Under the pieces are notes generated by a model that saw only the letters and a list, made by a program, of their open reading frames with translations, was not told the DNA's origin and did no database searches. Below, piece after piece: positions 9,547-23,800 of a DNA stretch of 44,896 nucleotides. The DNA is from Spirogloea muscicola (Eukaryota), in contig WELB01000024.1 in assembly GCA_009602725.1 (NCBI GenBank), forward strand, positions 636,342 through 681,237, given 5' to 3'. Positions within the stretch are counted from its first letter, which is position 1. Every line of letters starts with the position of its first letter. Position numbers and translations under genes: made by a program.

Positions 9547-12500
9547 ATGTGGAAGGACGTGAGTTCTGCAGCGCTCCTCAGGCGAATTTGCTCAGCCCAT
9601 GTGCGTCCGGCTTGCCGTCAAAGACGAGGGGCCTCGACAGGGCTGCCGGACCAAGGCGCGGAGCACCTCGGGAAGCGCTTAAGCTATCTCCTCAGGATCA
9701 CCTCTATCTGTTGCTCCCAGCCTTGCGCTGCACTGCCTGTGTCGAGCATGGCCGCCCTTGGTGCTGAGCCCTCCCGCCCTCCCTCCTGCGCCTGTGCAGT
9801 GGCGCTGTAGCCGAAGCCGGGCGAGCATGGCAGGCCGCTTCCTGTGGCTCAGCATGTGGCTCTCGGTCTGCGCACTGCTGGCCGTCCAAATCGCGCCGGC
9901 CCTGAACAGCCTCATCGGCGACCGCCCGTACGAGCAAGAGGGCGCCTCTGACGCCATCCAAGTGACCCAGCACCACGACTGGGTGAGCACACCACAGGCA
10001 GTCTTTGGCAGCTAGGCAAGCAGTGTCCGTCATCGAGGTCCAGGCCTGCTCTGCAGTCACTCCTCTCCTGGCGCTTGCGGATGCGTCTAGCACATCCGTT
10101 TGCAGGAGCAGGTTCTTGCCTTCACACACACGGTGGTACTCCATCCGGCAATGACTTGTGTGCTTTGAGCCGCCAATGGGGCCTCACATTCGTTGCGTGG
10201 ACAGGGCAAGGCCCTACCCTGTCCAGTCCTTTCCTAGAGCAGCTGACCTCCTTCTGCTTCAGTAACAGCTCGGCTCGTAGTGAGCAGGTTGAAACAGAGG
10301 AGCAGGACGATGACCACATGCACCTGCCCTCGGAGCTTCTCCCTCCCTCGCCCCCACCTCCTGTCATCCCCAAGCCCTGGAACCCCAAGCTCAGTGCCAA
10401 ATTGAAGCTGGAGCTTGCCGAGCTGCGGAGGGTGAGTGATGTTGGCATGACGCTTCGTGCTGCAATCAAGGGAAAGGGCACCAGCTCAGTTGCTTGAAAT
10501 CATTGCTTGAAACAAATGCATTCTTTATAGTTGGTCTTCCTTGCTGGTTGTCCTCGGAATGGCGCGCATCAAACTGCAGGTATTGCTACCTGGGCCACCT
10601 CATCATCACCCCAGTCAAAGTGAACAACAGAAGCTGCAAGGGCTTGTCATGAAGTAGGGACTGGCGTTCAGTCCTTGCCTTCTCCCAGAAGCTTGACGTG
10701 CATAATGTGCTGGTCATGTTTATTGCAGCGCCAAGTGAAGCTTGCAAAGCTGTGGAAGAAGCCTCCCGACAGAGGCTACAAGCCCTGCATCGATCCTAGC
10801 AGCGAGTTCACAGGTGACCTTGCTCTGTTTAGCTGCTTGCTCACCTACGTGGTCTCCCTGGGCTGCTGACGTCCTTAGAAGGCACACGGAGAGTGCACCT
10901 GCTCGAGGCAGGTGTAAAGTGGGAAGTGAGTTTGCATGCCAGCAAGAAGTGAAGCTAGAGTGAAAGACAAGGGGACAGGGAATGGGTCAAAGGAGAGTGC
11001 TGTGAGATGGTGGGAGGGTGGGAGAGGCGAGGGAGAGCATGGATAAAGGAGAGAGGGCCAGGAAATTGGTGAGGAACTTTTGAGGAGTGGGAAGTGGAGT
11101 GCCAGGGAAAGCCAGGCCTTTGCAGAGTCCTTGACTGGAAAGCGCTCGCGGGATGGCAGCAGATGTCGCTGGATGTCAACTTCTTTTTCCCATGGATGTC
11201 AACTGCTTTTTCTCCACTTTGCCGATGCACGTGCTCATTGTTGAGTGTCCAGCGTGCGTGCACAGCAGCGAGCAAAGCGACCAGAGGCTTCCTGCGCGTG
11301 TACGCTAATGGAGGTCTCAACCAGATGCGTGCTGGGGTGAGTTCAGCAATTCTCTGACCTGCTGCAGCTCTGGCATTGCTGGATTGACTTCCTTCTTGGG
11401 GTGATTCTGGCTTGGATGCTGTGCACACCAACCTCGACCTCTCTACTGCCAGAAGGCTACTGCAGGCTCTGCAAGCTTGTGATCATGCAGATGCTGATGA
11501 TTTGAGAACAAGACCATGTAGAAAGGACTCTGCCATACTGCTGGTAATTTTGTGGTCATCTTTCTTCCCGCTTTTTTCTGAATCAGTTTGGCTCGGCTTG
11601 TTGACTAGACTAAGTGCTCTGCTCTTCTCTCTGCGCCTCAAGATCTGCGACATGGTGGCTGTTGCAAGAATCTTGAATGCAACACTGATTGTGCCCGAAC
11701 TCGACAAGGGCTCCTTCTGGCAAGATAACAGGTGCTGCCTCACCTAGAGATCGCAAGATGCTCTGATCGCAGATGTTTCATTGACATTTTGACAGGCATG
11801 AAGGAAAATGCTGGTGATCAATGCCCACCCAGTGTTGGTTTGGCACATATCTGTGTTGCGCCAATAGCATGGCCCTTGTGTGACAGCGGCATGTGCCTCC
11901 ACGTGCACTCTGTGCAGCAACTTCTCTGACATCTTTGATGTGGAGTACTTCATCGAGGCTCTGAAGGATGATGTGCCAGTCCTGCAGCATCTGCCCAAGC
12001 AGTACCGTTATGCTGCAGAGGCTCGCAAGTTCTTCAGGTCCTGGTCCCCTTACAGCTATTACAACGAGGACATTGCCAAGCTGTGGCACTCCTACAAGGC
12101 AAGCTTTGTATCTTTGCAAAATGGAAAGTAATTTGCTAAGATACCTGATATCTGAGGAACGTGCTGAGCTTTCAGTAGCCACTATTTTTTCGCGGCTGAT
12201 CTGTTGAGATGCTTTCTGTTTGTCAGCACTCGTGTTCTCTTCTTCTATATAGCATGGTACTGAAGTATCCATCTGCCCAGTTTGTATGCACTCGCTGGCC
12301 TCTACAGTTGCTTCAGTTAGCAGCGACTGCATTGCTATTATTTTAAGCGTAACTGTGCAGCCTCATCGCTTTTGCAGGTCATTCGAGCAATGAAATCAGA
12401 TTCTCGCCTTGCTAATAATGAGCTCCCCACGGATATCCAGAAGCTTCGCTGCCGTGTGCATTATGATGCTTTGCGCTTTGCACCACATATTGAAATGATG

Positions 12501-14341
12501 GGGAAGGTACTTGTAGACAATGCTGGAGTATTGGAGCTCCGTCACTGTTGCTACATTTCAAGCAACTCTGAAGCTCAAAAGAGTAGGACATGAGGTTTCC
12601 TAATGTTTAGCAGTGTATGCTCCAGCATATATACTACAGTGGCAATGAATATTGTATTGGCTCGGATAAATGCAGGAGCTGGTGAAGCGAATGCAAAAGC
12701 AGGGTCCCTACATTGCTCTACATCTGCGCTATGAGATGGACATGCTTGCTTTCAGCGGCTGCTACCACGGCCTGTCAAAGGAGGAGGCTGATGAGCTCAC
12801 TGCTATCAGGTGAGAGGGATGATCCTACTATTCAGGGTTTATTTCAGAGAACTACTATACAATGATCTTTTAGAGTGTCATAATACTCCAGATGTCTTGG
12901 AGGGCAAGCACTTTGTGCTCCTGACTGCAGATAACAAGGAGCAAAAGTGCGAATCGGCATAATGCAGGATGAAGACGAAGCACTGGCGAGTGAAGGAGAT
13001 TGACCCAACAATTCAACGAGCACACGGGTTCTGCCCCTTGACTCCCAAGGAGATAGGAATGCTTCTGCATTCCATGGGCTTCCTCAACACAACTCTAATT
13101 TACATAGCTTCCGGAGAAATCTATGGTGGAGAGGTTCGGATGGCCGACTTCCGACACTTCTTTCCGCTCATAGTTCGCAAGGTGAACTCAAATACACTCA
13201 TACTAGCTCGTACACTCATACTAGCTTCGCAGGTGTTCTCTTGCCTTGTCACAGAAAGACGCGACACTCTGCAGCTACTTCAGCCAGCCAGCCCTTTCTT
13301 TACCTCTCTACAGCTTGAGATCTTGGCAGCAGCTCAAGTGTTGTGGTTGGTGTGCAGGAGACACTGCTCACCATAGAGGAGCTTGCACCATTTGTGGACC
13401 ACAGAAGCCAAATGGCTGCCTTAGACTACATAGCCTCAGTGGAGAGTGATCTCTTTGTGCCAACCTACTCAGGCAACATGGCCCGGGCCGTGGAAGGTCA
13501 TCGTAGATTTCTAGGTCATCGGAAGACAATCATTCCAGATAGGTGAGAAAGAGCTGCAGTTGGCATTCTATATCAATGCCAGCTTGCATGCACTTTGCTT
13601 AATGAATGGTCATGTGTGGATACGCTAAGAGCAGCTGTCATGTGATGAAACATGGTCAAGTGTGTGAATACGCTCAGGAAGGAGCTTGTGGCTCTCTTTG
13701 ACAAGATGGAGAGGGGGGAAATTTCCCCTGGCAAAGAGTTCAATGAGGCTGTGTCACTGAACCACATGCATAGGTAAGCATGACTAACTCCTTAGACATA
13801 GCTCGCTTGCAAGCCCAAAGAGCTTCACCTCGTTGATTGCAATCGCTACTTGGCCGGCTCTACTGCATGGTGATTATTGCTGTACTACCAATGCTGATCG
13901 ACTTGAGTGGAGCTTTGTACCTGACCTACTTGCTACCCTTCTGTTTCTGCTCTTAGGCAAGGGGCTCCAAGGGAAAGGAAGGGGCCAGCTCCAGGAACAC
14001 GGGGGAAAGAGCGGCCACGGACAGAGGAGGCCTTCTACACGAACCCCCTGCCAGACTGTCTGTGCCAGGAGAACCCGCGGAACCTTGGTGGGAAGGGCAC
14101 GGGAGTGCGGCGAGCAGGCGGGAACATCACACTGGACAGGAACATCACCACGGTTTTGGAGCGGCTGAGAAGAGGAGCGAGGCGAGACGGGGACTTGAGG
14201 AGCAAGCGGGCGAGCAAGAGGCGAAAAGCTGGAGGACTAGTGACACCAAGCGATACGTCCGATGGCACGCTGCCAGAGGGGCACAGGAGTAGAAGCTTGC
14301 TGGAGAGCAACGAAGGCGAGAAGAACGCTTTCTGGCTATAG
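9547..14341 (+). CDS. Plant O-fucosyltransferase-family (PF10250/GT106) type II membrane glycosyltransferase
   Basis: Thirteen exons: 9547-9558, 9800-9982, 10288-10431, 10729-10813, 11266-11336, 11643-11731, 11918-12098, 12378-12506, 12676-12809, 12968-13181, 13358-13542, 13678-13773, 13957-14341 (about 635 aa). It has an N-terminal TM segment and the motifs [86 protein letters not shown] and [14 protein letters not shown]. The first exon is the least certain; an alternative ATG is at 9827. Confidence 0.95.
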
Positions 14342-14896
14342 TAGCATCATTCCTCTGGGAAGCTTCACAATTGTCCACTATTTATTTCTTATTTCACCCC
14401 TCCCTCAGAATCGTGTTTCCTCAAAGTCCTGGGTCTTTATGGCAGTGCACGAGAAGGGTCAGCGCACAATCTGCAACAATTGCATCTCTGCAGAGCTAAT
14501 ATTGTAGTCTCCGGTTGGTCATTCTGGGCTGCCGTCAAGGCAGTCAATACCAGAAAAGAATGGTATGTCACAATGTCGAGAGAGGCCCGAGTAAACACGT
14601 TCAGGTCCAAAATTGTGGACAAGCTGACGTTGGTCATCACTGACGCTATCATCATCACAAACAAAAGCATAAGCAGTCAGTGCAGGTGCATAGGTTACGG
14701 CGATAAAACAGGTCGACTCCAAATTACTACATGGCTTATAGTAATAGCAAGTCTTGCTGACCTCAACAGGTTGCCTTCATTTGCAACAACACGAAATGGC
14801 AGCTCAAATCACGTAAATGGTCAAGGAGCTCACAGCTACAGCTGCTGTAAACCTGGGATTGTCTTGGAGAGACAAGGCACTGACCTTACATGTGGG

Positions 14897-17800
14897 CTAG
14901 ACACGCACCGTGGAGAGCATGGCAGCCAGGAGGGCATGAAGAGCCAGCCAGTAAAATGTCAGGGCCAGGCGGGCTGCAGGGTGGCCCATGAGATACCTGC
15001 CAGCAGACAGGCTGCAAAAGAGCGCACAAGGAGTCTCTTAGAGGTCAGACAGGCAACCAGCCTTTCAGCATACGCTGTACGCTCTTCGGATGACAAAAGC
15101 ATTGCAGCTGCAGAGTTTATGTTGCTTGCAAGGGCGCCTTCGCCAGGGCAAAGCTGCCCAAACTGTGCGTTGGGGCTGCAATGAGAATCACGGCGATGTT
15201 GAATGTCAAAGCGGCACGCTCTGCGAGTTGCCTAGTCGCAGAAAAGTTGCTATTGTTGCTTACCAGAGTTTGTCTATGCCGTTCACAGGCGGCCGCAAGA
15301 AGCCAGGCAGGTGTTGAGACTTCATGTGCACCAACTTGAAACCACGAACTGCACCACGATGGTGATAGTGTAAACTTCTTGTCAAAGCGGGATCTCTACT
15401 TAAAGTGCATGCAGGAGTAAGAAGAACCAGCAATCAATGGTCATGAGCTGGGGTCCAAGCCCCAGCACTCTCTCAGCCAATATGCCACACCTTCATCCTC
15501 GTCATCTTCAGATCGTATTGACGCTTGTGCAGCTTCAACATCGTAGGACAACAATGACGGAGACTTTCGCAGGATAGGTGGAGAAGGGATGGCGGGTGCA
15601 GGAGCCCTCCTCGAGTCCTTCCTTCTCTGCTGGCCAGAAATGCACCGCAACATCTGTGTATCAGTCGTAGTAGCATCTGCTAGTCACACTGACTGTGAGA
15701 CACGATCCTCAGCGGGTATACATGGTCCTCCTCGCTGGCAGTGACTGACTGATCTTGCAACAACGAGTGGCAAGTAGTGACCCAAATCACAATCCTGTGG
15801 AAAATCGTCATGATAATAAAGACAACTCACCATGTCTTCCATCTCGCGTGATGTGGCCTCAGACTTCCTCTCCACTGCACCCTGCAGCAGCACAGCACCG
15901 TTGCCGTCCATAGTCTCCTTGAGGATTTGCGCGTGCTCCAAAGCAACCTGCAGCTTCTGCCGTACTTCTGCAACCTCCAGCTGTCGCTCCTCAGTCAGCG
16001 CACGCCAGCTCTCTGCTTCTCTCAGCACAGCCTCCATCTCCTTGTGCAGCTTCTCTGACTCCTCTTCCTGTCTCTGCGTCCCCATGAGCATTGGCAAAGC
16101 ACAATAAGAATGTAATGACACGACAAATTTTGTCTGTTACAAGCGGCAGGCTAATGACCTCCTGCAACACGGACCTGGATTAGTGAGCTAGCAGATTGAG
16201 CACTGCGGTTGAGCCCAGTTCATCCTAGTAGAGGCTACGCCTACCTGGGCAGTGGACCGCCACCTCTCCACCTCCGCCAGCAAGTCATGCACTTGATGCT
16301 GTTGCTCGTCTGCACCGCCCATGGCCTCCCTGGCCTCCCCCCCTGCCGTGTGAATTTCTTGCCAGCTCCTGCTGGCTTCCCCTTCCCCTTCGACGGCCTT
16401 GCCGACCATGTCTGACTCCTTCGCAGGCACTGCCTCCCTTGCCACTTTGCTTGCTGGCAGGCTCCTGAGCTCCAACTCCAAGGCCTGGACAAGGGTCTGG
16501 AGAGCTGTATTCTCCTCGTGCAGGCTCTTGACAACGGCTACCGCCTCCTCGGACTGCCTTCGCATCGCCTCGACCTTGCTGTTTGCCGCATCAAGCATCT
16601 CATCTGCTTTGGCACGCTGAGACGTAGCCTGGACGACTGATTGGTCCTTCTCCTGCAGGGCTGCTCGAAGAGACGACACGCTGGCATCAAGCTCGTCCTT
16701 GGCACGCTCCACCTCTGCCAGCGCCGCAGACCTGTCTCGAAGATCTGCAGCAGCGAAGCCAGCAAGATGGGAATGTGACAGCGGAAAACATGGTGACATA
16801 CTTGTGGTCCAGCTTGAATCAGGCTTCTAGAAATCTGCTCACCAGATCAGCAGCTTTAGGAGCAGCATGAGAGGACCAAAAACCTTCAGCAGTTAGTGCT
16901 TCAACTTCAAGGCTAGAAGCAAAGCGAGGTAACTTGTGCATGACCTGCATCTTTGGAGAGCATGACCTCCTTAAGAGCGGCAATCTCCTCCTCCAGCGCC
17001 CTCCGCCGCTGATGCTCCACCTTGCCGCTCTCAGCAGCTTCAGCCAGTTCCGTGGCCTCGGCATCCCGGACAGCCAGCTCCTCTTCCAGCACCGCAGCCC
17101 GTGCTGCCAGCTCCTCAATCCTCAGGCGGGCATTATCCCGCTCCTGGCCTGCCTGCTCCAGTAACTTCACACGTGCTGCCAGCAGCTCCGCGTCAGTCCT
17201 GCTCCTCCCCAGCTCCGCTGCGGCCTGTTCGCTGTTTCTCAAGAAGGCACCCACCTGGTCCTGCAGTAACTGCAGCTCGTGCAATTGCTGCACTTCCATA
17301 CTTCTGAGCACCGTGAGCTCCTGCTCCTTCTCAGCAACCACCGCCGCCAGCTCTGCAGCAGCATCCTGTCGCAGGCCCTCCAAAGCAAGCTTTGTCTCCT
17401 TCACGAATCTCTCTGTCACCTCAGTCACCGCCGCGCTAACGCTTGCCAACCTTTGCTGCTCAAATGCGGCAGTGGCAGCTTCAAGCTCCTGCTGCAACTT
17501 TTGGATCTCCAGAGTCTTCTGTGCCTCCGTTGCAGACGCCTCAGTGCTGCTTGCTGCCCTCAACTCTGCAAGCTCTTTCTGGGTTGCCTCCAGAGCAGCC
17601 TTGTGCTGCTCAAGCTCAGGACTGCGCACATTGACTGTTGCCTGGGCAGCCTGGAGGGTCGCCTGCACTGTAGCGACTTGTTCTTCGGCAGCTAACCTAA
17701 GGCCCTCCTCACGGATACAGAGCTGCTTTGCTTGCTGCAGCTCCGACCGCCAGGCCTGGGCCTTGGTGGATAGATCCTCTAGCGCCAAAGTCGTCTTCTT

Positions 17801-20800
17801 GAGCTGCGCCCCAACGACCTCCACCTGCTCTGCAAGAGCGTCCCTCTCGGTAGCGACGCGCACCAAGCTAGTCTCATGCTGTGATGCATTCGTGTGAAGC
17901 TGCCGCACTTCTGAGTCCTTTGCCTCAATCTGCGCTTGGAGCTCCAAAGCGGCTGCCTGTAGTTGCTCAGCCTTGCCGCCGAGCGCTGCCACAGCAGCCT
18001 TCTCTGCCCGCGAGGACTCCTCTGCCTCTGCAAGCTGTTCCCGAAGGCTCTCAAGCTCTGCACGCATAGCCGCATGCTCAGCTGACAGCTCAGCCACGCG
18101 CCGGCGGCCACTCTCCGCCTCTTTCACAGAGACCGCAAGCATCTCCTTTGCTTTTGCGAGTTGCCCCAGCGCGGAGCCCATGCGGGCCTTGTCGTCAGCG
18201 CAAGCAAGCTCTGTGCGCTCCAGCTCGCCCTGAAGAGATCGGACTTGCGCCCACAGAGCCGCCTCTTTTGAAGCAGCCTCTGCCTGCGCCTGCTCCACTG
18301 CTGCCTTGCTTTCCGTGCACTCCCTCTCCCGCTGGCCGAGAGACTCCAGCAGCTGCCCCTCCTCGGCGCGCTTGTCCTCCAGGGCTTTGGCCAGCTCCAG
18401 GTGAGCCTCCTCCACAGCGGCCTTCACATGCAGCGCTGCCGAGAGGGCGCCGTCCCGATCGCTGACCGCCACGCTGAGCTCCTCCAGCTTCTTGGACAGG
18501 GCAAGCTTCTCACAATCAGAGGCCTGGAGCACGGCGTCCCGCTCAGCCAGGTCCTTCTCCAGCTTCGCCTTGGCAGCCTCGATGCCCTTGCCCTTCTTCA
18601 CCGCCTTTTGCAGCTTCTCCCGCAGCACCGCCGCCTGCTCCTGGACCTTGAGAATCTCCACCCCCGCCTCCGCCAGCTTGATTTCACAATCACTGTTGGC
18701 CCCCTCACGCAGTGCAGCCGCATCCTCGTTCGCCTTCTCCAGCAATTGCCTCAGGCTGGCATTCAGCAGCTCCACATGCTTGTGGGATGCCTTTGTGCTT
18801 TCAAGCTCGGCAGCGGCTGCCTTGGCACCATTAATGGCAACAGACAGCTTGCTCTTCAGCAGCGCAGTGGACTCATCTCTTTCTTCCACCGCACGTGATT
18901 GAATCTCCCTCAGAGCTTCCATCTCGTTGTCACGCGAGGCCACAAGCTGCTTCAGCTCTTCTGTTTCTTGGTGAAGGGAGGTAGAAGTGGCCTGCAGAAT
19001 ACAGGAGCACAAGCTTGTGAGAGTGACCAGCACCTATGCAGTACAAGCTGTCAGTAGCTGCAGAAGAGGCCACTCGATTGTGGAGTGCTCGAAGCTCCCT
19101 GACTACTGCCCTCTTGTCTGCTCCATAGACACTTGGGCGGCGACTGCTGTGGACCTGTACAGGCTGTCAGATGCTTGATAAGAGCACAAAATCTTACATT
19201 CTACCAGATCTTTGCACTGCTTACAACTTACATTGCTCCGTACCTGCGCTTCCCTCAACCACAATGCCAGTTCCTTGCCGAGCGCCTCAGCAGCTTGCAG
19301 CTTCTCAGTGCTAGCCAAAGTCTCCTTTGCAAAACGTTCCTGTACTGTATTGACAAGAGCCTCCAGCTCAGCGCATCTACTCTGCAGCTCTGCAGCCATG
19401 GTTGCAAGCCGCTGACTCTCCTCCTGCTCCTGCCTCAGGCTTGCCTCCTTGGCTGCCACGTCTTGGGAGAGCTGCTCCTTCAGCGCTACAAACTCCTTGT
19501 CCTTGTTGCGCAGGCTCTCCTGCAACTCATGTACGTGGGCGAGTGACGTCTCCAGTTCCGCCTGCGCAGCGGATGCAGCATCCCCCTGACCACCAAGCAG
19601 GGCCTTGAGTTCCTGGTTGCGCAAGGCCAGAAGCCGTCCCAGCTCCTCCGCCTCCTGCTGCAGAAGGACGTGGTTGTCCTGCATGTAACATTGACGAACT
19701 GCATAAGTGCCTAGAAGATGATATACTCGATGAGAGCTGCTTTGGGCCATATGTACGTGGAGCTCGAGTCCAACTCCACAACATGGACCCTTGCGCTGCG
19801 AACCATCGAATTAGGGGCCTCAGCCCCCCCCACTACGACAACATTAATGCATCTCCAAAGGCCTGATCTCCAGTCCTCTCTACAACAAGGGGCAGCAGAT
19901 CATATGGCCACTGATCGAATGCACATGGACATACACCATATCAGAATTGCAACTTGACGACCTGCACTGCACTCACATGGGCACGGCGTGCCATACCTGG
20001 ACATTGCCTAGTTGCGCTGTCAGATACTCAACGCGCTCTGTGGAGCTCTGCAGCAGTCTGGAGCTCGCGCTTGCCTCCTTGCCTTGCTCCTCTTGCACCG
20101 AGCGAAGAAGGCCCTCCAGCTCTGTACACTTGCTCTGCAGCTCTGAGACCTCACCCGCGAGCCGCCGGATCTCTGTCTGCTCATGCTTCAGGCTCGCCTC
20201 TTTGACCGCCAAATCCTGAGACAGCTGCTCCTCCAGCGCACTGAACTCCTCCTCCCTGTTGTGCAAGCTTTCTTGCAGCTCGCGCACGCGAGTGTGGAGG
20301 CTCCTGAGCTCCAGTTGTGCCGCATATGTGGCTTCGCCCTGGCCGCCGAGCTGAGCTGATAGGTCCTTGACCTCGTCTGTACGTAAGGCCAGCTGCTGGC
20401 GCAGCTCCTGCGCTTCCCGCTGCAGGAGGGCGTGACTCTATGTGAGACTACAATTGCTTAGAAGTTGGAGGTTGATTGGCTACATACAGGTGCATAAAGG
20501 ACCCTGTTACCAAGCCCGCCAACTTACTGGATGACAAGTGTGTGACAACCGTACAGATCGAGCCCCTCTAGGACCAACATGAGGACCCAGCAATTGCAAA
20601 TGGACGGTCTATGCTACACACGAACTACCTCGGCATGTACTCAATTCTCGTCTTAGGTTCCGTGTCTACACTGGCACTTATCCTGATCCTCAAATTGGGC
20701 AGCAGCCGCCACTTAGATGTGCAACAAAATCACGAATCATGATCAAGCACACATTGGCAGGAGCACGGCTTGTAGTACCTGGGTGACCCCAAGGTGCTCC

Positions 20801-23800
20801 GTCAGATCCTCAACCTCGCACTTGGCTTGTCGCAGCATCTCGGCAGTCGTGCGTGCCTCCTTGCTTTGCTGCTCGCGCTCCAGGACAAGGGAGCCCTCCA
20901 ACGCCCTGCACTGGCTCTGCAGCTCTGCAACCACGTCTGCAAGCTGTAGGCGCTCCTCTTGCTCCTGCTTCAGGCTTGCCTCCTTGGCCGCCACTTCCAT
21001 GGAGAGCTGCTCCTCCAGCGCAACAAATTCCTCGTCCTTGTTGTGCAGGCTTTGTTGCAGCTCATCTAGGCAGCCACTGAGGCGCTCCAGCTCCATCTGC
21101 GCCGCATGTGTGGCTTTGTCCTGACTTTCGAGCTGAGCCTTCAGGGAAGTGAGGTCGTCATCCCGCAAGGCCAAGAGCCGGCTCAGCTGGTCTGATTCAC
21201 CCTGCAAAGAGTCCCGCTGTCATAGAGTAAGAAGGCGTGAAAACTGATAGCCCCTACTTTCATATTGGCATGTCAATCTGAACTTCGGTACAAACTTGTG
21301 CCAATTACTGCTAGTAAGCTTGAGCTCATATGCAATCCCGTGCTTCACAGGGCTCCCTAATCAGAGGTACATGCAGATGCACAAGGTCCACTTCTGACTT
21401 GCATTTGACTGGCACAAGAGCTTTACCTGGACATCAGCAAGCTGCACTGTCAGCTCTTCAACACGTCTATTGGCGCACTGCAGCATGTTACCGCTAGTGC
21501 TCGCCTCCTTGCCTTGCTGCTCTCGCTCTGCGCGGAGGACGGCTTCCAGCTCTGTGCACCGACTCTGCAGCTCCACAGCTGCAGCCACAAGCTCCTCTCG
21601 CTCCTCACGCTCCTGTGCCAAGCTAGCCTCAGCAGCGGCCATGTCCCTTGCCAACTGCTCCTTCAGGGCCTCGACATGTTGGTCCCTGTCAGCCAGCTGC
21701 TCCCTCAGCTCCTGCACGAGCCTGTGATGGGCGTCCAGCTCCGCCTGCGCCGCCTGCATGGCATCACCCTGGCTGCCGAGCTCCGCTGCCAGGGCCTCCA
21801 GCGCGCTCTCTCGCGCGGCCAGCGTCTGCGTGAGCACGCCGACAGAGGCCTCAGCCTGCCGCAGCTCTTCCAGGCGACTGTCAAGGTCCTTCGCCAGCCT
21901 GCTGCAATCTGCCAGCACCTGTTCCTCGGCCTTGCCTGCCTGTGCTTTTGCTTCGCCCAGGGCATCTCGTTCAACTGTAAGCTCCATCAAGGAGGCTCTG
22001 CAAGTCTCCGCCTCAGCAATGGCCAGCTCCTGAGCACTCCGCGCCGCTTGCACAGCCTGCGTCAGCGACGCAACTTCTGATGACCTCCGCTCAAGGGCCT
22101 CGGCGAGCTCCCCTGCCTGCGCAAGTGCGGCGTCTTTGGCTGCCACCTCCACTTGCAGGCGCTCGCCCTCTTTGACGCGGGCCTGCTGCAGAGCTGAGAG
22201 CGCGGCGGCCAGGTCTGATAGCGTCTGCCGGAGGCGCTCAGCCTCTACCGAAGCGTTCCCCTTGGCCTCCACCTCTGCCAGCTCTCCCTTGCGCAGGCCA
22301 TTACCCACAACCGCTGCCTCGGCGAGCTTGTCATCCGCCGTGCTCTTGGACAGCACCACTGGCAAACCATCGGCCTCAGCAGCCACCCAGTCTTTGGCCT
22401 CGGCCTCTGCCCGCAGACTTCCTGCCAAGCTCGCCGCCTCGGCTGCGGCGTCTGCGAGTGCCGCCCTCAGGGACTCCATCTCCGTCAGCCCCTTTGCATT
22501 TGCTGCCGCTGCACCCGCCGCCATCCTCGTAGCCTCCTCCTGAATCTCTGTCAGCTCGCGCTCCCGCGCAGACAGCGAGGTCCTCAGGCTCTCAGCCTCC
22601 GTGCTTGCTGCATCTGCCTTGTCTATGGCAGACTGCTCCGACTGGGCAATGCTCTCACAACGCTCTTGCAAGCTGGCGACCTCCAACCGGAGCCCCTCCG
22701 CTTCTGCAAGGGCCTGCTTCGCTGCGTCACCCGCCTCTGCTTGCCCACTGCTGGCAGCCTCCTTGAGCCGCCCGAACTCGGCTGCCATGTCCGACAACGC
22801 CTCCCGAAGGCCCTCAACTTCCAACATTGCAGCCTCTTTTGCTTCAATGTCAGAGCTGCGTGCCTCAGTCAGGGCATTTGATGCTGCCCGCAACTCAGTA
22901 AGCTCTCTGTGCACATGCTCACGGGCGAGCACCGCCTGAGTCAACTCCTCGCGAACCTCAGCAATCTCGGCCTCTTTTGAGCACAACGAGGCCCTCAATT
23001 CCAGGTATTCGACACCGCTTGCTTCTGCCGCTGCAGCCGCGTCAAGCTTGGCCTGTGAAGCCACGTCAAGCTCTCCCCTGACGACCAACAGCTCGTTGCA
23101 GACGTCCTCCATCTTCGCCAGGGCCTGCTCCTTGGCCAGCGACTCCACCTGCGTCGCCTCGCGAAGTGCAGCGGCCTCGGTCAACTGACTGTCCAACGTG
23201 GCCTGCAGGGACAATGCCACTTTGAGAGCCTCATCCCTGGCCACAGCAAGGTGCTCCGCCTCCGCTGTCCTCTCAGCTAGAGCCTCCTTGAGCGCCTCGC
23301 GCTGCACCACAACCTCCTTGCCCTTGCGCAGCGCCATGCCCAGCTTTTCCCGTATCCCCGCCTGCTCGACCTCTCCCTCCTGCAGCACATCGGCGCGCGC
23401 CCTGAGATCTGCAACTTGTTGCAATGCAGCTGCCAGCATCTCCTCGTGAGCCTTCGCTTCGGCTGCAAGGCGCTCATTACTCGCTGTCAACGCCGCCGCC
23501 TCATCTGTGCGCTCCGCCAGCGCACGCTTGAGCGCTGCACGGCTCTCCACGAGGTCCCGGCCCTTCCGCAGCGCCATGGCCAGCTTCTCTCGTGCCGCTG
23601 CTGAGCGCGCCTCCAATGCCACGGCCTCAGCATGCAGCATCTCCACCTCGGTGTCCCGCGCCGCAAGGACTGCCACCAGCTCCGCATTGCGTCGAATGAG
23701 GGCGTCCGCTTCGCCCTCCTTGCCGGCCACATACGCCTGCAGGCGCGCAACCTCCTCCGCGAGTGGATCGAGCTCCGTACGCATCCGCTGCCGGCCCTGA

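Noticed and set aside
13193..13226. 16-bp tandem duplication TACACTCATACTAGCT in an intron
   Set aside because: An ordinary local slippage duplication with two copies and no spacers; it is not CRISPR-like.
14480..15184. 234-aa plus-strand ORF between the GT106 gene and the tether gene
   Set aside because: It overlaps the last exon and 3' region of the minus-strand tether gene and contains no recognisable motif.
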